Source: Aphanothece sp. (lineage in GTDB: Bacteria; Cyanobacteriota; Cyanobacteriia; PCC-6307; Cyanobiaceae). From it: 64,000 nucleotides of DNA. Below are positions 1-11,150 of this stretch, one piece after another. The stretch covers positions 14,780 to 78,779 of the forward strand of contig JBEIVL010000001.1 in the NCBI GenBank assembly GCA_040373885.1, read 5' to 3'. The translations under genes were made by a program, and so were the position numbers. The notes under the pieces were generated by a model. The model was given only the letters and a program-made list of their open reading frames with translations, had not been told where the DNA came from and did not search any database. Position 1 is the first letter of the stretch. Every line of letters begins with the position of its first letter.

Positions 1-614
1 ACCTCCTCAAGATCCTGCTTGGCCTCTTCGACACCCGCCACGTCAGCGAACATCACGCCAGTTTCAGCCTCCATAAGGAAGCGAGCTTTGGTCTTGCCGA
101 ATTGCATCGCCTGGCCCGGGCCGCCTGGCATGCCCGAAGAGCGGCGGGCCAGGAAGATCAGCGATCCGATCAGCAGCAGCGGGAAGAGCAGATTGCCCAG
201 CAGTCCAAGAACGGGGGAGGGAGCCTTGGGGGGATGGACATCGAAGCTGATGCCCTGGTCCTTGAGATTGTTGACCAGTTCCGGTGCGACGCCGGGGAGG
301 TCAACCCTGAGGCGTTGAACACGGTTGTCGAGGTCAGGATCAACGGCTTCGATGATGGCGGTGCGTCCACCATCAAAGATGTCGACGGCGGTGACCCGGC
401 CGGCTTTGACGTAATCGAGGAAGCGGCCGTAGGTCATGCGGGCCACGGCGGTGGTGCGGGGGCCAGCAAGAGTGCCCGCAGCTGTTGGGTTCTCAGCTCC
501 GCTGGTTGGGGGTCTGAAGCGGGAAGCACCACCGGAAAGGATCTGCCAACCCAGGACGAGGGCCAGCAGTAGAGGTAGACCCCAGAGAGCCAGGAGGCGC
601 CAGCGCTGCTTCAT
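1..614 (-). CDS. ftsH: ATP-dependent zinc metalloprotease FtsH (FtsH2-like), N-terminal part; continues off the left edge
   Basis: Manual translation from ATG at 614: MKQRWRLLALWGLPLLLALVLGWQIL...MTYGRFLDYVKAGRVTAVDIFDGGRTAIIEAVDPDLDNRVQRLRVDLPG...GGPGQAMQFGKTKARFLMEAETGVMFADVAGVEEAKQDLEE. Not in the ORF track because it is truncated. Confidence 0.95.
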   Translation of the reverse strand, partial: MKQRWRLLALWGLPLLLALVLGWQILSGGASRFRPPTSGAENPTAAGTLAGPRTTAVARMTYGRFLDYVKAGRVTAVDIFDGGRTAIIEAVDPDLDNRVQRLRVDLPGVAPELVNNLKDQGISFDVHPPKAPSPVLGLLGNLLFPLLLIGSLIFLARRSSGMPGGPGQAMQFGKTKARFLMEAETGVMFADVAGVEEAKQDLEE

Positions 615-683
615 CGGGTCCAAGCGATTTTGAACAAGTGTAAAGGGAACCCGGAAGCAACCGCTGACGCCTTGTTCTCGCCT

Positions 684-1091
684 TCAAAGGCTGTTCAGCC
701 AAGGAGAGTTGGCACTGGATTCGGTCAAATCCCCCGTCAATGCCGCTAATGGAGCGGGTTCGGAGCCGCAGGCACTGGAATTGATGATCAGCTCATCGGC
801 CAGCAGAGACTCCACCAGTTCGGGACCGCCAAGCCCATGGGTCCAGATCTTGATCTCGCTGGACTGGGGGCAGGTGAAATTGAGCAGCTCGAAGGGAAAG
901 ACGACGCGTTCAAGGAAGAAACCCTGAGGACCAACGCACCGCAGGATGACCATGCGATCGGAGCCGTTGCGGTAGCTGCAGTCGAGATCGCCGTCGCAAG
1001 GCGGCTCCCCCAGCTCCAGAACGACAGCCTCCAGATCAGAAACAATGGTCCGCTCCAACGTCGAAGGCTCAGGGGAGTCCCATCTAGCCAT
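684..1091 (-). CDS. DUF1830-like cyanobacterial protein (copy 1)
   Basis: CSYRN...VILRC.GP..FFLERVVFPFE...EIKIW motif; start uncertain. Confidence 0.75.
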   Translation of the reverse strand: MARWDSPEPSTLERTIVSDLEAVVLELGEPPCDGDLDCSYRNGSDRMVILRCVGPQGFFLERVVFPFELLNFTCPQSSEIKIWTHGLGGPELVESLLADELIINSSACGSEPAPLAALTGDLTESSANSPWLNSL

Positions 1092-1291
1092 TAGTGACAG
1101 GGGCCGTTTGGTGACAAAGGCGACTCTTTCGGGGTCTTAACGATTTCTTCCACCAGTTCCCTTGCCAAAGTTTCCCCCTTGTGTCAAAGACCTTGACCGG
1201 GGCGATTCAGAGCGTCATCCACTGGATCCGTTGGGCCTACGGGCCGGGCTCCGGCCGGGTGCAGGGGCCCTTGGTCTGCCGATGGGCTTTG

Positions 1292-1319
1292 ACTCGCAAT
1301 GGGTAAAGGATTGCGAGTT
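1292..1319. terminator. Inverted repeat just downstream of the ABC permease stop (possible terminator or stability hairpin)
   Basis: ACTCGCAAT...ATTGCGAGT, 9-bp perfect stem; no clear U-tract. Confidence 0.35.
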
Positions 1320-1336
1320 CGGAGGCTGTGCAGGAT

Positions 1337-2566
1337 TCAGAGGCTGCGCAAGGCCACGATCGGATCGAGGCGGGCTGCCCGGCGGGCCGGAACCACCCCA
1401 AAGAACAGGCCAATCGATCCGGAGAGCAGCACGGTGGTCAGCACCGTGCTGGCCTCGATCGTGGCCGGCAGGGGGGTGAAAGCCGCCGCCAAGGTGATGG
1501 CGCCGATGCCGAGGCCGCTACCAATCACGCCGCCAAGACTGGCCAAAACCAGCGATTCCACCAAGAACTGCAGCAGCAGGTCGCTGGGACGAGCTCCCAA
1601 GGCCTTGCGCAAGCCGATCTCTTCAGTGCGTTCACTCACCGACACCAGCATGATGTTCATGATGCCAATGCCCCCGACCAGCAGGGAAACGGCACCGATG
1701 GCGGCCAGCAGCAGGGTGAGACCACCGGTGATTTTGCCCACAATCGCCAGGGCATCCTTCTGGGAGCGCACGGCGAAATCGTCTTCCGCCAGGATGCGAT
1801 GCCTCTGGCGCAGCAGATTGGTGATCTGAAAGGCGGCGGCACCGGTGCTTTTCTCATCCATGGCCTCCACGCTGATGAAACTCAGGTTGACCCCGTAGGT
1901 CGGGTCACGGCCACTGAGGCGGCTCACCATCGTGGTGAGCGGCAGATAGGCCGCCTCGTCCTGGTTGGCGCCGAACACTGCTCCTTTGGCCCGCAACACC
2001 CCGATCACTTCAAAGGATTGATCACGGATGCGTATCTGTCGGCCGATGGCCTGGCCAGTCGGCAGCAGCTTGTCGCGCAGATCGGGACCAATCACCGTCA
2101 CCATCCTGGCTCCGGAAAGGTCGTTGCTGTTAAAGAAACGTCCCTGAGCCATCTCAAAACTGCGCACCGGCAGAAATTCGGGAGTCACGCCTGACACCGT
2201 GGCTGTGGCACTCAGGGCCCCGGATTGGACCACTTCACTGAGGGTGATTTGGGGGGCCACCTGGCGCACGCTGGGAACCTGTTCGGCGATCGCCTTGGCG
2301 TCTTCCAGCACCAGGGTTTTGGGCGAATCAATCCCCTGGCGTCGGGTGTCGTTGCGGCCAGGCACCACGAACAGCACATTGGCCCCAAGAGTGCTCAACT
2401 GCCCCTCGGCCAGATTCTGAGCTCCCTTGCCGACCCCCACCAGCGTGATCACCGAGGCATTGCCGATCACGATGCCCAGCATGGTCAGCAGGCTGCGCAG
2501 CCGATTGGCCTGCAGCGTGGTGAGGGCCATGCCAATGGTTTCGCCCAAGGGCAGACGGCGGGGCAT
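1337..2566 (-). CDS. MacB/FtsX-family ABC transporter permease
   Basis: NRLRSLLTMLGIVIG N-terminus and VGGIGIMNIMLVSVSERTEEIGLRKALGA...ARRAARLDPIVALR signature. Confidence 0.92.
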   Translation of the reverse strand: MPRRLPLGETIGMALTTLQANRLRSLLTMLGIVIGNASVITLVGVGKGAQNLAEGQLSTLGANVLFVVPGRNDTRRQGIDSPKTLVLEDAKAIAEQVPSVRQVAPQITLSEVVQSGALSATATVSGVTPEFLPVRSFEMAQGRFFNSNDLSGARMVTVIGPDLRDKLLPTGQAIGRQIRIRDQSFEVIGVLRAKGAVFGANQDEAAYLPLTTMVSRLSGRDPTYGVNLSFISVEAMDEKSTGAAAFQITNLLRQRHRILAEDDFAVRSQKDALAIVGKITGGLTLLLAAIGAVSLLVGGIGIMNIMLVSVSERTEEIGLRKALGARPSDLLLQFLVESLVLASLGGVIGSGLGIGAITLAAAFTPLPATIEASTVLTTVLLSGSIGLFFGVVPARRAARLDPIVALRSL

Positions 2567-2583
2567 GGAATTCGGCGCGATCT

Positions 2584-4368
2584 CTACAGCATGGAGGCGG
2601 AGGCGGGGGTGTTGTGGTTCTGGGCCCCACGGTGCACCACGCCCTGCTGCAGTTCCAGAGTGACAACCTCCCCTTGACGCAGATCCACCGTTGCGTTGGT
2701 GACGCCAACGATCACCGGCACGCCGAGCCGTTCGGCGACCAGGGCGGTGTGACCCTGGCGCCCCTCTTCTTCCACAATCACTCCCTTGGCCTTGCGGATC
2801 GCATCCAGATAGGCAGCGTTGGTCTCGCGCACCACCAGGATCTCGCCGTTGGCCAGGCGGTCCGCCTCTTCCGGGGAGCTGGCCAGGTGCACCTTGCCAC
2901 TCACGGACCCATTGCCGATGCCGATGCCCCGTCCGAGGACCGCCGAGACGATGCCAACTTTCACGAGATCGGTGGAACCGCTGACCCCTTCGAGAGTGCC
3001 GGCGGTTTCCACCACCAGATCCCCCTCGCGCAGCAGGCCTTTCTGCAACGCCACCCCCATGGCCAGCGTGAAGGTGCTGGCTGTGGAGGGTTGGTCGGCG
3101 ATCAGCAGCGGGTTCACCCCCCAGACCAACTGCAGCTGACGGGCCACGGACTCCTCGCTTGTGATCGCCAGGATCGGGGTGCTGGGGCGGAATTTGCTGA
3201 CATTGCGGGCGGTGGATCCCGATTTGGTCAGGGGCAGGATGGCGGCCGCGTTGAGCTGGCGGGCAATGCTGCTGACGGCCTGGCTGATGGCGTTCGGGAT
3301 CGTGGTGGCCATCTGGCCATCGAGAACCCGTAGGGGGTAGTCCCGCTCGATGCGCTTGGAGATTCGCGCCATGGTGGCCACCGCCTCGACCGGGTAGTCG
3401 CCCACGGCGGTCTCGTTGGAGAGCATCACGGCGTCCGTGCCATCGAGAATGGCGTTGGCCACATCGCTGACCTCAGCCCGGGTGGGACGGGGGCAGCTGG
3501 CCATCGAATCGAGCATCTGGGTGGCCGTGATGATCGGGATGCCGAGGCTGTTGGCCTTGCGGATCAATTCCTTTTGCAGCAGAGGCACTTCCTCGGCAGG
3601 CATCTCGACGCCGAGATCGCCTCGGGCAACCATGACGCCATCGCAGAGGGGCAGGATGGCATCGATCGAATCAATGGCCTCAAACTTTTCGATCTTGGCC
3701 ACCACCGGTGTGTTGAACCCGTGGCTCTCAATCAGATCGCGAATCTCCTCCATGTCCGAGGGATTGCGCACAAAACTGAGGGCGACCCAGTCGACACCCT
3801 GCTGCAGCCCGAAGGCGAGATCACGGCGATCCTTGGGGGTCAGGGCACGAATGGAAAGCTGCACATCGGGGAAATTGACCCCCTTGTTGTTGGAGAGCAC
3901 TCCACCCACCGTGACCCGGCAGTGGAGGCTGTGGTCAGCTTGATCAACTCGTTCAACGACCATCTCGACACGTCCATCATCGAGAAGGATGCGACAGCCA
4001 CTGTGCACCTCTTCAGCCAATTTGTCGTAGGTGACGGTGGCGATCGACTGGTTGCAGTTCACCTGCCGGGAGGTGAGGGTGAAAGCATCGCCCGTGGCCA
4101 GGGAGATGGGACCGGCCTCAAAGCGCCCCAGGCGGATCTTGGGACCCTGCAGATCTTGAAGAATGCCGATGTGAACCCCCATCTCCTGGGCCACCTCGCG
4201 GATGGTGCGGATGCGCTCGGCGTGGTCCTCGTGATCGCCGTGGGAAAAGTTGAGGCGAAAGGTCGTGGCACCGGCTTCGATCAGCTGACGCAGGACCTCC
4301 TTGGATTCGGTGGCCGGGCCGATCGTGGCCACGATCTTGGTGCGACGCATCGGATCGACCGTGGCCAT
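2584..4368 (-). CDS. pyk: Pyruvate kinase with C-terminal PEP-utiliser swivel domain
   Basis: RRTKIVATIGPA, RLNFSHG, DLQGPKIR, MVARGDLGVE, TQMLDSM, PTRAEVSDVANA motifs. Confidence 0.97.
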   Translation of the reverse strand: MATVDPMRRTKIVATIGPATESKEVLRQLIEAGATTFRLNFSHGDHEDHAERIRTIREVAQEMGVHIGILQDLQGPKIRLGRFEAGPISLATGDAFTLTSRQVNCNQSIATVTYDKLAEEVHSGCRILLDDGRVEMVVERVDQADHSLHCRVTVGGVLSNNKGVNFPDVQLSIRALTPKDRRDLAFGLQQGVDWVALSFVRNPSDMEEIRDLIESHGFNTPVVAKIEKFEAIDSIDAILPLCDGVMVARGDLGVEMPAEEVPLLQKELIRKANSLGIPIITATQMLDSMASCPRPTRAEVSDVANAILDGTDAVMLSNETAVGDYPVEAVATMARISKRIERDYPLRVLDGQMATTIPNAISQAVSSIARQLNAAAILPLTKSGSTARNVSKFRPSTPILAITSEESVARQLQLVWGVNPLLIADQPSTASTFTLAMGVALQKGLLREGDLVVETAGTLEGVSGSTDLVKVGIVSAVLGRGIGIGNGSVSGKVHLASSPEEADRLANGEILVVRETNAAYLDAIRKAKGVIVEEEGRQGHTALVAERLGVPVIVGVTNATVDLRQGEVVTLELQQGVVHRGAQNHNTPASASML

Positions 4369-4426
4369 GGGAGCTCACTATCAGTGGCGGAAACTACCAT
4401 CCTGACTCCCACGGCTCCCGCTCACC

Positions 4427-4756
4427 ATGGACTTCGCCTCCTACCAGCGACGCTCCCGGGAAACGGCCCGTTATCCCGACGCTGGTGCCAACCCGATCTA
4501 TCCGACCCTGGGGCTGTGCGGGGAATCGGGGGAAGTGGCTGACAAGGTGAAAAAGGTGCTGCGGGACCGTCAAGGGGTCTTTGACGCGGCCAGCCTGGAC
4601 GACATTCGCTTGGAGTTGGGGGATGTGCTCTGGTACATCTCCCAGCTGGCCAGCGAGCTCAATCTCAGCCTCGATGACATCGCTGAGGCCAACCTGGCGA
4701 AACTGGCCAGCAGGGTGGCCCGGGATGTGATCTCCGGCAGCGGCGACCGCCGCTGA
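4427..4756 (+). CDS. mazG: MazG-like nucleoside triphosphate pyrophosphohydrolase
   Basis: YPTLGLCGESGEVADKVKKVLRD...ELGDVLWY...GSGDRR. Confidence 0.88.
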   Translation: MDFASYQRRSRETARYPDAGANPIYPTLGLCGESGEVADKVKKVLRDRQGVFDAASLDDIRLELGDVLWYISQLASELNLSLDDIAEANLAKLASRVARDVISGSGDRR

Positions 4757-4798
4757 GGCAGGACCCCTAGCCTGATTTTTCCTCGGGTCCTTGGTGCG

Positions 4799-5299
4799 GT
4801 GACCAACCTTCTGCCCCGTCTGTCCTGGTTCCCGGGGCGTCTGCTGGCGGGTTTTCTGCTCTTTCTGGGCCTCTGGCTGGGGGGGGCGGCCACGGTCTGG
4901 GCCCTTGAAATGCGGGTCACGGACGCGACGGTGGCCCCCTGTCCCCTCGACGACGTGGGCAGTCAGCCCCAACAACGCCGCCCTGCCGGTGCCGCCTGTT
5001 ACGCCCTGCGGGGCCAAGTCAGCAACACCAGCTCCCGCACCGTGCGCGACACCGATGTCTTCGCCCTGATCCTTGATGCCAGCGGCGAACCGGTGCTACC
5101 CAACCGCACGCGCCTGGGTTCAATCGGGGACATTCCCCCCGGCCAATCGGCCTTTGCCCTGAGGCTGGCCGTGCCCGCAGGAACACCAGGGCCCTTCACG
5201 GTACGAGCCGCCAAGGCCCGGGGATTCAATGCTCCGGTGCGCACGGGAGCCGCTCCGGGGGAAGAATTGCTGCCCCTGGAGGAAGCGCTTCTGCCCTGA
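4799..5299 (+). CDS. Exported hypothetical protein
   Basis: Signal-like N-terminus, Cys pair, GQVSN...DVFALILDASGEPV beta-rich segment. Confidence 0.6.
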   Translation: MTNLLPRLSWFPGRLLAGFLLFLGLWLGGAATVWALEMRVTDATVAPCPLDDVGSQPQQRRPAGAACYALRGQVSNTSSRTVRDTDVFALILDASGEPVLPNRTRLGSIGDIPPGQSAFALRLAVPAGTPGPFTVRAAKARGFNAPVRTGAAPGEELLPLEEALLP

Positions 5300-5400
5300 A
5301 CGCTCTTGCTCGCACTGATCAAGGAGGGATCAAGATTCACTGGCCTGGTCCTGGAAATCGGAATCAGGCGGTGCATCAACTAAGAATTGAGAGCTTGGAA

Positions 5401-5694
5401 CTAACCCAGTCCTGACCCCGCCAACAACATTTTTCCCTGTTCCAGCAGGCTCTGCACCAGGTTGAGGGCGATGAAGGCCACAAAGGCCGAAAGATCGATG
5501 CCACCGAGGGGGGGGATCAGGCCGCGGAACAGGTTGAGATAGGGATCGGTGATCGAACTGATGCCACTGAGGATGGGGTTGCCCCCCCAATCCAGGTTGG
5601 GGAACCAGCTGAGCAGCACCCGGATCAACAGCAGAACCGAATAGATCGTCAGGGTCTGGGCCAGCACGGACACGAGCTGACTGAAGATCGCCAT
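5401..5694 (-). CDS. YggT/Ycf19 family membrane protein
   Basis: RVLLSWFPN...ITDPYLNLFRGLIPPLGGIDLS. Confidence 0.92.
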   Translation of the reverse strand: MAIFSQLVSVLAQTLTIYSVLLLIRVLLSWFPNLDWGGNPILSGISSITDPYLNLFRGLIPPLGGIDLSAFVAFIALNLVQSLLEQGKMLLAGSGLG

Positions 5695-5723
5695 GGAGAC
5701 AAGGAGACTGGGATGGGTGGAAT

Positions 5724-6302
5724 CTAAGACGGGGTGTCGGAGCTGGCCGGCGCCGGTCGGGGCGCCTTGGCAACCTCTTCGGGACGGATCGCAAACGTGC
5801 GATGAAATTTCTCGCTCAGGCTCAGCCAGAACGAACGGCCCTCGCTTTGCCGTTTCCGTTCGATGAAGTCCTGGGCCAAGAGTTCCTTGATGTGGTCGTA
5901 GGCGCCAGAGCCCCTCAGTTCAACGAGGTCGGACTGGAGGATGCGTTTCTTCAGGGCAATCGTGGCCAGGGTGCGCAGGGCGGCGGTGGAGAGATCGACG
6001 GGCAGCAGATCCTGCACCAGATCAGCCAGGCTGGAGCGCAGCTGCAGGCTGTAGCGCGGACCTTCCTGGTGGATTTCCAGAGCGGTATCGCGGTGGGCGT
6101 AATCCGCCATCAAGGTGATCAGGGCGAGTTCAGCATCGGCACGGTCGATGCCGGCGATGTCCGCCAGTTCGGCCAGGCTGAGGGGACGGCCCTTGAGATA
6201 CAGAATCGCTTCAAGCCTGGCAGGCAGGGACAGGCCGAGCGGCCCGATCGGGGCGAGATCCGTGGGGGGATCCTGGGGAGAGAAATCGCTGGACATCACC
6301 AT
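5724..6302 (-). CDS. scpB: SMC-Scp complex subunit ScpB
   Basis: LEAILYLKGRP...LSTAALRTLATIA...RGSGAYDHIKEL. Confidence 0.92.
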   Translation of the reverse strand: MVMSSDFSPQDPPTDLAPIGPLGLSLPARLEAILYLKGRPLSLAELADIAGIDRADAELALITLMADYAHRDTALEIHQEGPRYSLQLRSSLADLVQDLLPVDLSTAALRTLATIALKKRILQSDLVELRGSGAYDHIKELLAQDFIERKRQSEGRSFWLSLSEKFHRTFAIRPEEVAKAPRPAPASSDTPS

Positions 6303-6337
6303 TCCAGCTTCAGGCTGTTGGCAAGTTATCGCAGGCC

Positions 6338-7921
6338 TCAGGGACTGACGAGCCGTTGTGCCGGCACCGCCAGGCTCTCCTGTTGGCCGAGAAACAGGCG
6401 GTAAGCAGGATTGTCGGTTTCTTCCCAGTGCTGATAGGGCAGTCGCTCAACGAACTGCTCCCACTCGCTGGTTTCAGCCGGCGGAACCTGAACTCCTACA
6501 ACGATGCTGCCAACGTCGGCGCCATGGTTGCGGTAGTGAAAAATGCTGATGTTCCAATTGGGATGCAAAGCGGAAACGAAGGCCATTAAGGCCCCTGGTC
6601 TCTCGGGAAATTCGAAGCGGTAGAGACGTTCCTGGCCCACCTCCGGCACCTGTTGGGCGGCGGCGCCGAGGCGGCCCCCCACCATGTGGCAGAGGTGAAG
6701 TTTGGCCAGCTCATTGCCGCTCAGATCAAGGCAGGCAAAGCCGCCGTTCTCGAGATCGACGATCAATTGGCGCGTGTCGCCGGGGTCCCGGCTCTGCACA
6801 CCAACAAAAATATGGGCGACCCTGGGATCGGCGAGTCGGTAGCTGAATTCGGTGAGGTTGTGGCCGCCCAGCAGGCTGCAGAAGCGCTTCAGGCTGCCGG
6901 GATGTTCGGGAATCTCCACCGCCAGGAAGGCCTCACGCTCTTCGCCGATTTCGGCCCGTTCGGCCACGAATAACAGGCGCTCGAAGTTCATGTTGGCGCC
7001 ACAGGCCACCGCCACCAGGGTGCGGTCCTTCAGGCCCCGAACCTGGACATCGGCCTTCATGCCGGCCACGGCCAGGGCGCCGGCGGGTTCGAGGATCGAG
7101 CGGGTGTCCTCAAAGACATCCTTGATGGCCGCGCAGATGGCGTCGGTGTCCACCGTCACCATGCGATCCACGTATTGCTGGGCCAAAGGGAAAGTCAGCT
7201 CGCCCACCTGTTTGACGGCGACCCCATCGGCGAACAGGCCCACCTGGTCAAGCCGCACCCTCTCGCCGCAGGCCAGGGAGCGGGTCATGGCATCGGCATC
7301 GACGGGTTCCACCCCGACCAGCTCCACCTGGGGCCAGAGGCTTTTGACGTAGGCACCGATACCGGCGATCAGCCCACCGCCACCGACGGCCACGTAGATG
7401 ACATCCGGCGGCGCCGAACACTGGCGCAGGATCTCGATGGCGATGGTGCCCTGACCGGCAATCACCTCCGGATCATCAAAGGGATGGATGAAGCACAGCC
7501 CGCGCTCCACCTGGAGCCGGTGGGCCTCCTGGCAGGCCTCGTCGTAGGTGTCTCCGTGCAGCACGACCTCGGCGCCGCGGGCTGCCACCGAACGCACCTT
7601 GACGCCAGGTGTGGTGACGGGCATCACGATCACCGCCTGGCAGCCCAGCCGTTGGGCCGCCAGGGCCACCCCCTGGGCATGGTTGCCGGCGCTGGCGGCG
7701 ATGACGCCCCGATCCAGTTCTTGCCGGCTGAGTCCGGCCATTTTGTTGAAGGCCCCCCGCAGCTTGAAACTGAAGACGGGCTGGAGGTCCTCCCGTTTGA
7801 GCAGGACCCGGTTGCCAAGACGGGCCGAGAGGTTGGGGGCTGGATCGAGCGGCGATTCAATCGCGACGTCGTAGACCCGGGCGCGCAGGATGCGCTGCAG
7901 GTAGGTGGGGTCTTCGGACAC
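6338..7921 (-). CDS. ilvA: Threonine dehydratase, biosynthetic
   Basis: [24 protein letters not shown], two ACT-like domains ([19 protein letters not shown]). Confidence 0.97.
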   Translation of the reverse strand: MSEDPTYLQRILRARVYDVAIESPLDPAPNLSARLGNRVLLKREDLQPVFSFKLRGAFNKMAGLSRQELDRGVIAASAGNHAQGVALAAQRLGCQAVIVMPVTTPGVKVRSVAARGAEVVLHGDTYDEACQEAHRLQVERGLCFIHPFDDPEVIAGQGTIAIEILRQCSAPPDVIYVAVGGGGLIAGIGAYVKSLWPQVELVGVEPVDADAMTRSLACGERVRLDQVGLFADGVAVKQVGELTFPLAQQYVDRMVTVDTDAICAAIKDVFEDTRSILEPAGALAVAGMKADVQVRGLKDRTLVAVACGANMNFERLLFVAERAEIGEEREAFLAVEIPEHPGSLKRFCSLLGGHNLTEFSYRLADPRVAHIFVGVQSRDPGDTRQLIVDLENGGFACLDLSGNELAKLHLCHMVGGRLGAAAQQVPEVGQERLYRFEFPERPGALMAFVSALHPNWNISIFHYRNHGADVGSIVVGVQVPPAETSEWEQFVERLPYQHWEETDNPAYRLFLGQQESLAVPAQRLVSP

Positions 7922-8042
7922 GCCGCTGAGGGGGAAGGATCAGGCTGATGGCTCCAGTGTGACAAGCCGGGATCCCCACTCGTTGGCGAAAGGCAACGGT
8001 CTCGGCAGCGGGCGTAGATTGCTTGCTTCTGTCTGTGGCCGC

Positions 8043-9971
8043 ATGCACCTCAGCGAGCTGAGCCATCCGAATCAGCTGCAGGGCCTTAGCACCGCAGAAC
8101 TTGAGCGTATCGCCTCCCAGATCCGCGAGAAACATCTTGAGGTGGTTTCCACCAGCGGCGGCCATTTGGGGCCCGGCTTGGGTGTGGTCGAACTGACACT
8201 GGCTCTCTACCAGACCCTGAATCTCGATGAAGACCGGGTGGTCTGGGATGTGGGGCATCAGGCCTATCCGCACAAATTACTGACCGGCCGTTACAACACT
8301 TTCCACACCTTGCGCCAGAAGGGTGGAGTGGCTGGGTATCTCAAACGTTGTGAGAGCCCCTTCGATCATTTTGGGGCTGGCCACGCCTCCACCAGCATCT
8401 CGGCGGCCTTGGGCATGGCCCTAGCGCGAGATCGGCGTGGCGAATCCTTCCGCTGTGTGGCTGTCATCGGCGATGGCGCTCTGACGGGGGGGATGGCCCT
8501 CGAGGCGATCAACCACGCCGGCCACCTGCCCAACACCCGCATTCTTGTTGTCCTCAATGACAACGACATGTCGATCTCACCACCGGTGGGAGCCTTGTCC
8601 ACCCACCTCAATCGCATGCGATTGAGCAAGCCGGTGCAGTTCCTTTCCGGCAACGCCGAGGAGGCGATTCGCCACCTGCCATTCCTGCACGGCGAGTTGC
8701 CTGCGGAGTTGCGCAACCTCAAAGAGAGCATGCGCCGCCTAGCGGTGCCCAAGGTGGGCGCGGTGTTCGAAGAGTTGGGCTTCACCTATGTGGGTCCCGT
8801 CGATGGTCACGACATCGGCGAAATGGTTCGCACCTTTCAGGCCGCCCACCGGGTTGATGGGCCGGTTTTGGTGCATGTGGCCACCACCAAGGGCAAGGGC
8901 TATCCCTATGCCGAAGCCGATCAGGTGGGCTACCACGCCCAGTCCGCCTTCGATCTGGCCTCAGGCAAGGCCTACCCCTCCACCAAACCGAAACCGGCCA
9001 GCTACAGCAAGGTCTTCGGCCAGACCCTGGTCAAGATCTGTGAGCACAATCCCCGCGTGGTGGGCATCACGGCGGCCATGGCCACCGGCACGGGCTTGGA
9101 TCTACTGGAGAAGGCCCTGCCCGATCAATACTTTGATGTTGGCATCGCCGAACAGCACGCGGTCACGATGGCCGCCGGCATGGCTTGCGAGGGTCTGCGG
9201 CCGGTGGTGGCGATTTACAGCACCTTCCTGCAGCGGGCCTACGACCAGCTGATTCACGATGTCGGCATCCAGAAGTTGCCGGTCACGTTTGTGCTCGATC
9301 GGGCTGGCATCGTCGGCGCCGATGGACCCACCCACCAGGGTCAGTACGACATCAGCTATCTGCGGGCGGTGCCCAATTTCACCGTGATGGCCCCCAAGGA
9401 TGAGGCCGAACTGCAGCGCATGTTGGTCACCTCCATCGCCCACGATGGCCCCTGCGCGATCCGTTTCCCCCGGGGTGAAGGCGAGGGCGTTCCTTTGATG
9501 GAGGAGGGCTGGCAACCCCTGGAGATTGGTCGCGGTGAACTACTCACCAACGGCGATGACCTGCTGATCGTGGCCTATGGCTCGATGGTTGCGCCGGCCA
9601 TGGCCACGGCCGGCCTGCTTCAGGAAAAGGGGGTGCGAGCCACGGTGGTCAATGCCCGTTTTGTTCGCCCCCTGGACACCGAGCTGATTTTGCCCCTGGC
9701 CCGCCGCATCGGTCGGGTGGTGACCATGGAAGAAGGGGCCCTGGCCGGCGGCTTTGGCGCGGCGGTCGTGGAGGCTTGCAACGATGCTGAGGTGCTGGTG
9801 CCGATTTTGCGCATCGGCATCCCCGATGTGCTGGTCGACCATGCCAGCCCGGAAGAAAGCAAGCAGAGCCTGGGCCTGACTCCTCCCCAGATGGCCGCCC
9901 GCATTCTCGAGCGATTCGGGGTACCGCTAGAGGCGGATCGCGTGACCGAGCGACAACCCTTGCGGGCTTGA
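8043..9971 (+). CDS. dxs: 1-deoxy-D-xylulose-5-phosphate synthase
   Basis: [12 protein letters not shown] start; [46 protein letters not shown]. Confidence 0.97.
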   Translation: MHLSELSHPNQLQGLSTAELERIASQIREKHLEVVSTSGGHLGPGLGVVELTLALYQTLNLDEDRVVWDVGHQAYPHKLLTGRYNTFHTLRQKGGVAGYLKRCESPFDHFGAGHASTSISAALGMALARDRRGESFRCVAVIGDGALTGGMALEAINHAGHLPNTRILVVLNDNDMSISPPVGALSTHLNRMRLSKPVQFLSGNAEEAIRHLPFLHGELPAELRNLKESMRRLAVPKVGAVFEELGFTYVGPVDGHDIGEMVRTFQAAHRVDGPVLVHVATTKGKGYPYAEADQVGYHAQSAFDLASGKAYPSTKPKPASYSKVFGQTLVKICEHNPRVVGITAAMATGTGLDLLEKALPDQYFDVGIAEQHAVTMAAGMACEGLRPVVAIYSTFLQRAYDQLIHDVGIQKLPVTFVLDRAGIVGADGPTHQGQYDISYLRAVPNFTVMAPKDEAELQRMLVTSIAHDGPCAIRFPRGEGEGVPLMEEGWQPLEIGRGELLTNGDDLLIVAYGSMVAPAMATAGLLQEKGVRATVVNARFVRPLDTELILPLARRIGRVVTMEEGALAGGFGAAVVEACNDAEVLVPILRIGIPDVLVDHASPEESKQSLGLTPPQMAARILERFGVPLEADRVTERQPLRA

Positions 9972-10016
9972 GCCCCGCTGTTCCTGCCCCTCGAATCAAG
10001 GCCAGGAGTTGGGCAT

Positions 10017-10048
10017 AAAAAAAGCGGGGGTGTCAGGCCCCGCTTTTT
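10017..10048. terminator. Bidirectional intrinsic terminator between convergent dxs and psaK
   Basis: AAAAAAAGCGGGG-loop-CCCCGCTTTTT with A and T tracts on both sides. Confidence 0.85.
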
Positions 10049-10070
10049 GGCGCCAACAGACGCGTGGATT

Positions 10071-10328
10071 TCAGAGCACGCCGCGGGAGGCCAGACCCTG
10101 GATCGCGCCCATGCCGAGGATGTGACCCAGGCTGATGGTGCCCAGCATGGCGCCGTGGCTGAGACCGCCGAACAGGGAGGAGCTGGGCAGCTGCAGGCCC
10201 ACGTTGGGTTGCTTGATGGTGGCCTTACCGATGGCGATGGCGATGATGTTGGCCACGATCATCACCAGGGCCACCTTGGGGGACCAGGAGATGTTGGCGG
10301 GAGCCAGGGCCAGAAGGGGGGTGATCAT
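10071..10328 (-). CDS. psaK: Photosystem I subunit PsaK
   Basis: WSPKVALVMIVANIIAIAIGKATI...SLGHILGMGAIQGLASRGVL. Confidence 0.93.
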   Translation of the reverse strand: MITPLLALAPANISWSPKVALVMIVANIIAIAIGKATIKQPNVGLQLPSSSLFGGLSHGAMLGTISLGHILGMGAIQGLASRGVL

Positions 10329-10726
10329 GATTCAGAAGCCGGCATCCCATCTTCCGGGGGGCGCGGGCCCAGAGGGCCCGGCCGTAAGACTTGTTCACCA
10401 GGGCGAGCCTGGAGAAAGCCCATCACCACCAGCAGATTGCTGAGGGTCAGAAAGGCCTCGGCGCCACCATGCAGACCATCAACATCGGCCAGCAACTTGC
10501 CGTAGCGCACCTGGGCCAGGATGGCCGCGGCGATGGTGACGGCCACAAATAACAAGGTCAGCTGAAAGCCCCTAAGCGCCAAAGAGGGAAAGCCCCGCAC
10601 CTTGGCGGCCCAATAGAGAAAGGCGAGATAGGGAATCAGGGAAAGCACAAAAAAGGGAGCGGGATCGACGCTCTCCAGCCAGGTGAGCAGGGGGGGAATT
10701 TCAGGAGACATCACTGGAGATTCCAC
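10325..10726 (-). CDS. DUF3593-like membrane protein
   Basis: FVLSLIPYLAFLY...GFQLTLLFVAVTI...LADVDGLHGGAEAFLTLSN. Confidence 0.82.
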   Translation of the reverse strand: MESPVMSPEIPPLLTWLESVDPAPFFVLSLIPYLAFLYWAAKVRGFPSLALRGFQLTLLFVAVTIAAAILAQVRYGKLLADVDGLHGGAEAFLTLSNLLVVMGFLQARPGEQVLRPGPLGPRPPEDGMPASES

Positions 10727-11030
10727 TGGCCGTTGAGCGCCGTTGCAGGCGCAGCAGGTTGAAGGCGGCCCCGGCCAGGGCCAGGTTGCCCAGGGCCGTC
10801 AGGCCGGCCTGAAAGACGACCAGCCCCTTGAGGGCGGTGCTGTTATCAAACAGATGCCAGGTGCAGGCCGCCATGGCGCTGGCCAGGGCGGGCACCATGG
10901 CCAGCGCCAGCCAGCGCCAACCGGATTCGCGGCGGCGGCGGCCGAAGGCCTCAACGGCGACGATCGCCAGAATCCACTCCAGTACCGAGGTGACGTGGAT
11001 CCACCAGGTGCCCAGGGACAGGGCATGCAT
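10701..11030 (-). CDS. DUF2499/Ycf49-like membrane protein
   Basis: MHALSLGTWWIHVTSVLEW...SAMAACTWHLFDN. Confidence 0.85.
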   Translation of the reverse strand: MHALSLGTWWIHVTSVLEWILAIVAVEAFGRRRRESGWRWLALAMVPALASAMAACTWHLFDNSTALKGLVVFQAGLTALGNLALAGAAFNLLRLQRRSTASGISSDVS

Positions 11031-11090
11031 CGGCCACGGGCAAGAATTCTTAATTTAGGGGTTAAGCCCCTGGCAAGGGGGTGAGCCGGT

Positions 11091-11150
11091 GGATCGGGTT
11101 AGCGGGCAGATTGGGTCAGCGGGTAGATCGGATGTGGTAGTTAGATCGGC
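11091..11150. repeat. Degenerate ~17-bp tandem repeat (3-4 units)
   Basis: GGATCGGGTTAGCGGGC / AGATTGGGTCAGCGGGT / AGATCGGATGTGGTAGTT / AGATCGG. Confidence 0.55.

Noticed and set aside
627-645. HLR1-like site upstream of ftsH (TTTACACT-TG-TTCAAAAT on the minus strand)
   Set aside because: Second half-site too degenerate to call
11091-11150. Mini-CRISPR array
   Set aside because: Units are short, abutting and degenerate, with no spacers and no cas genes
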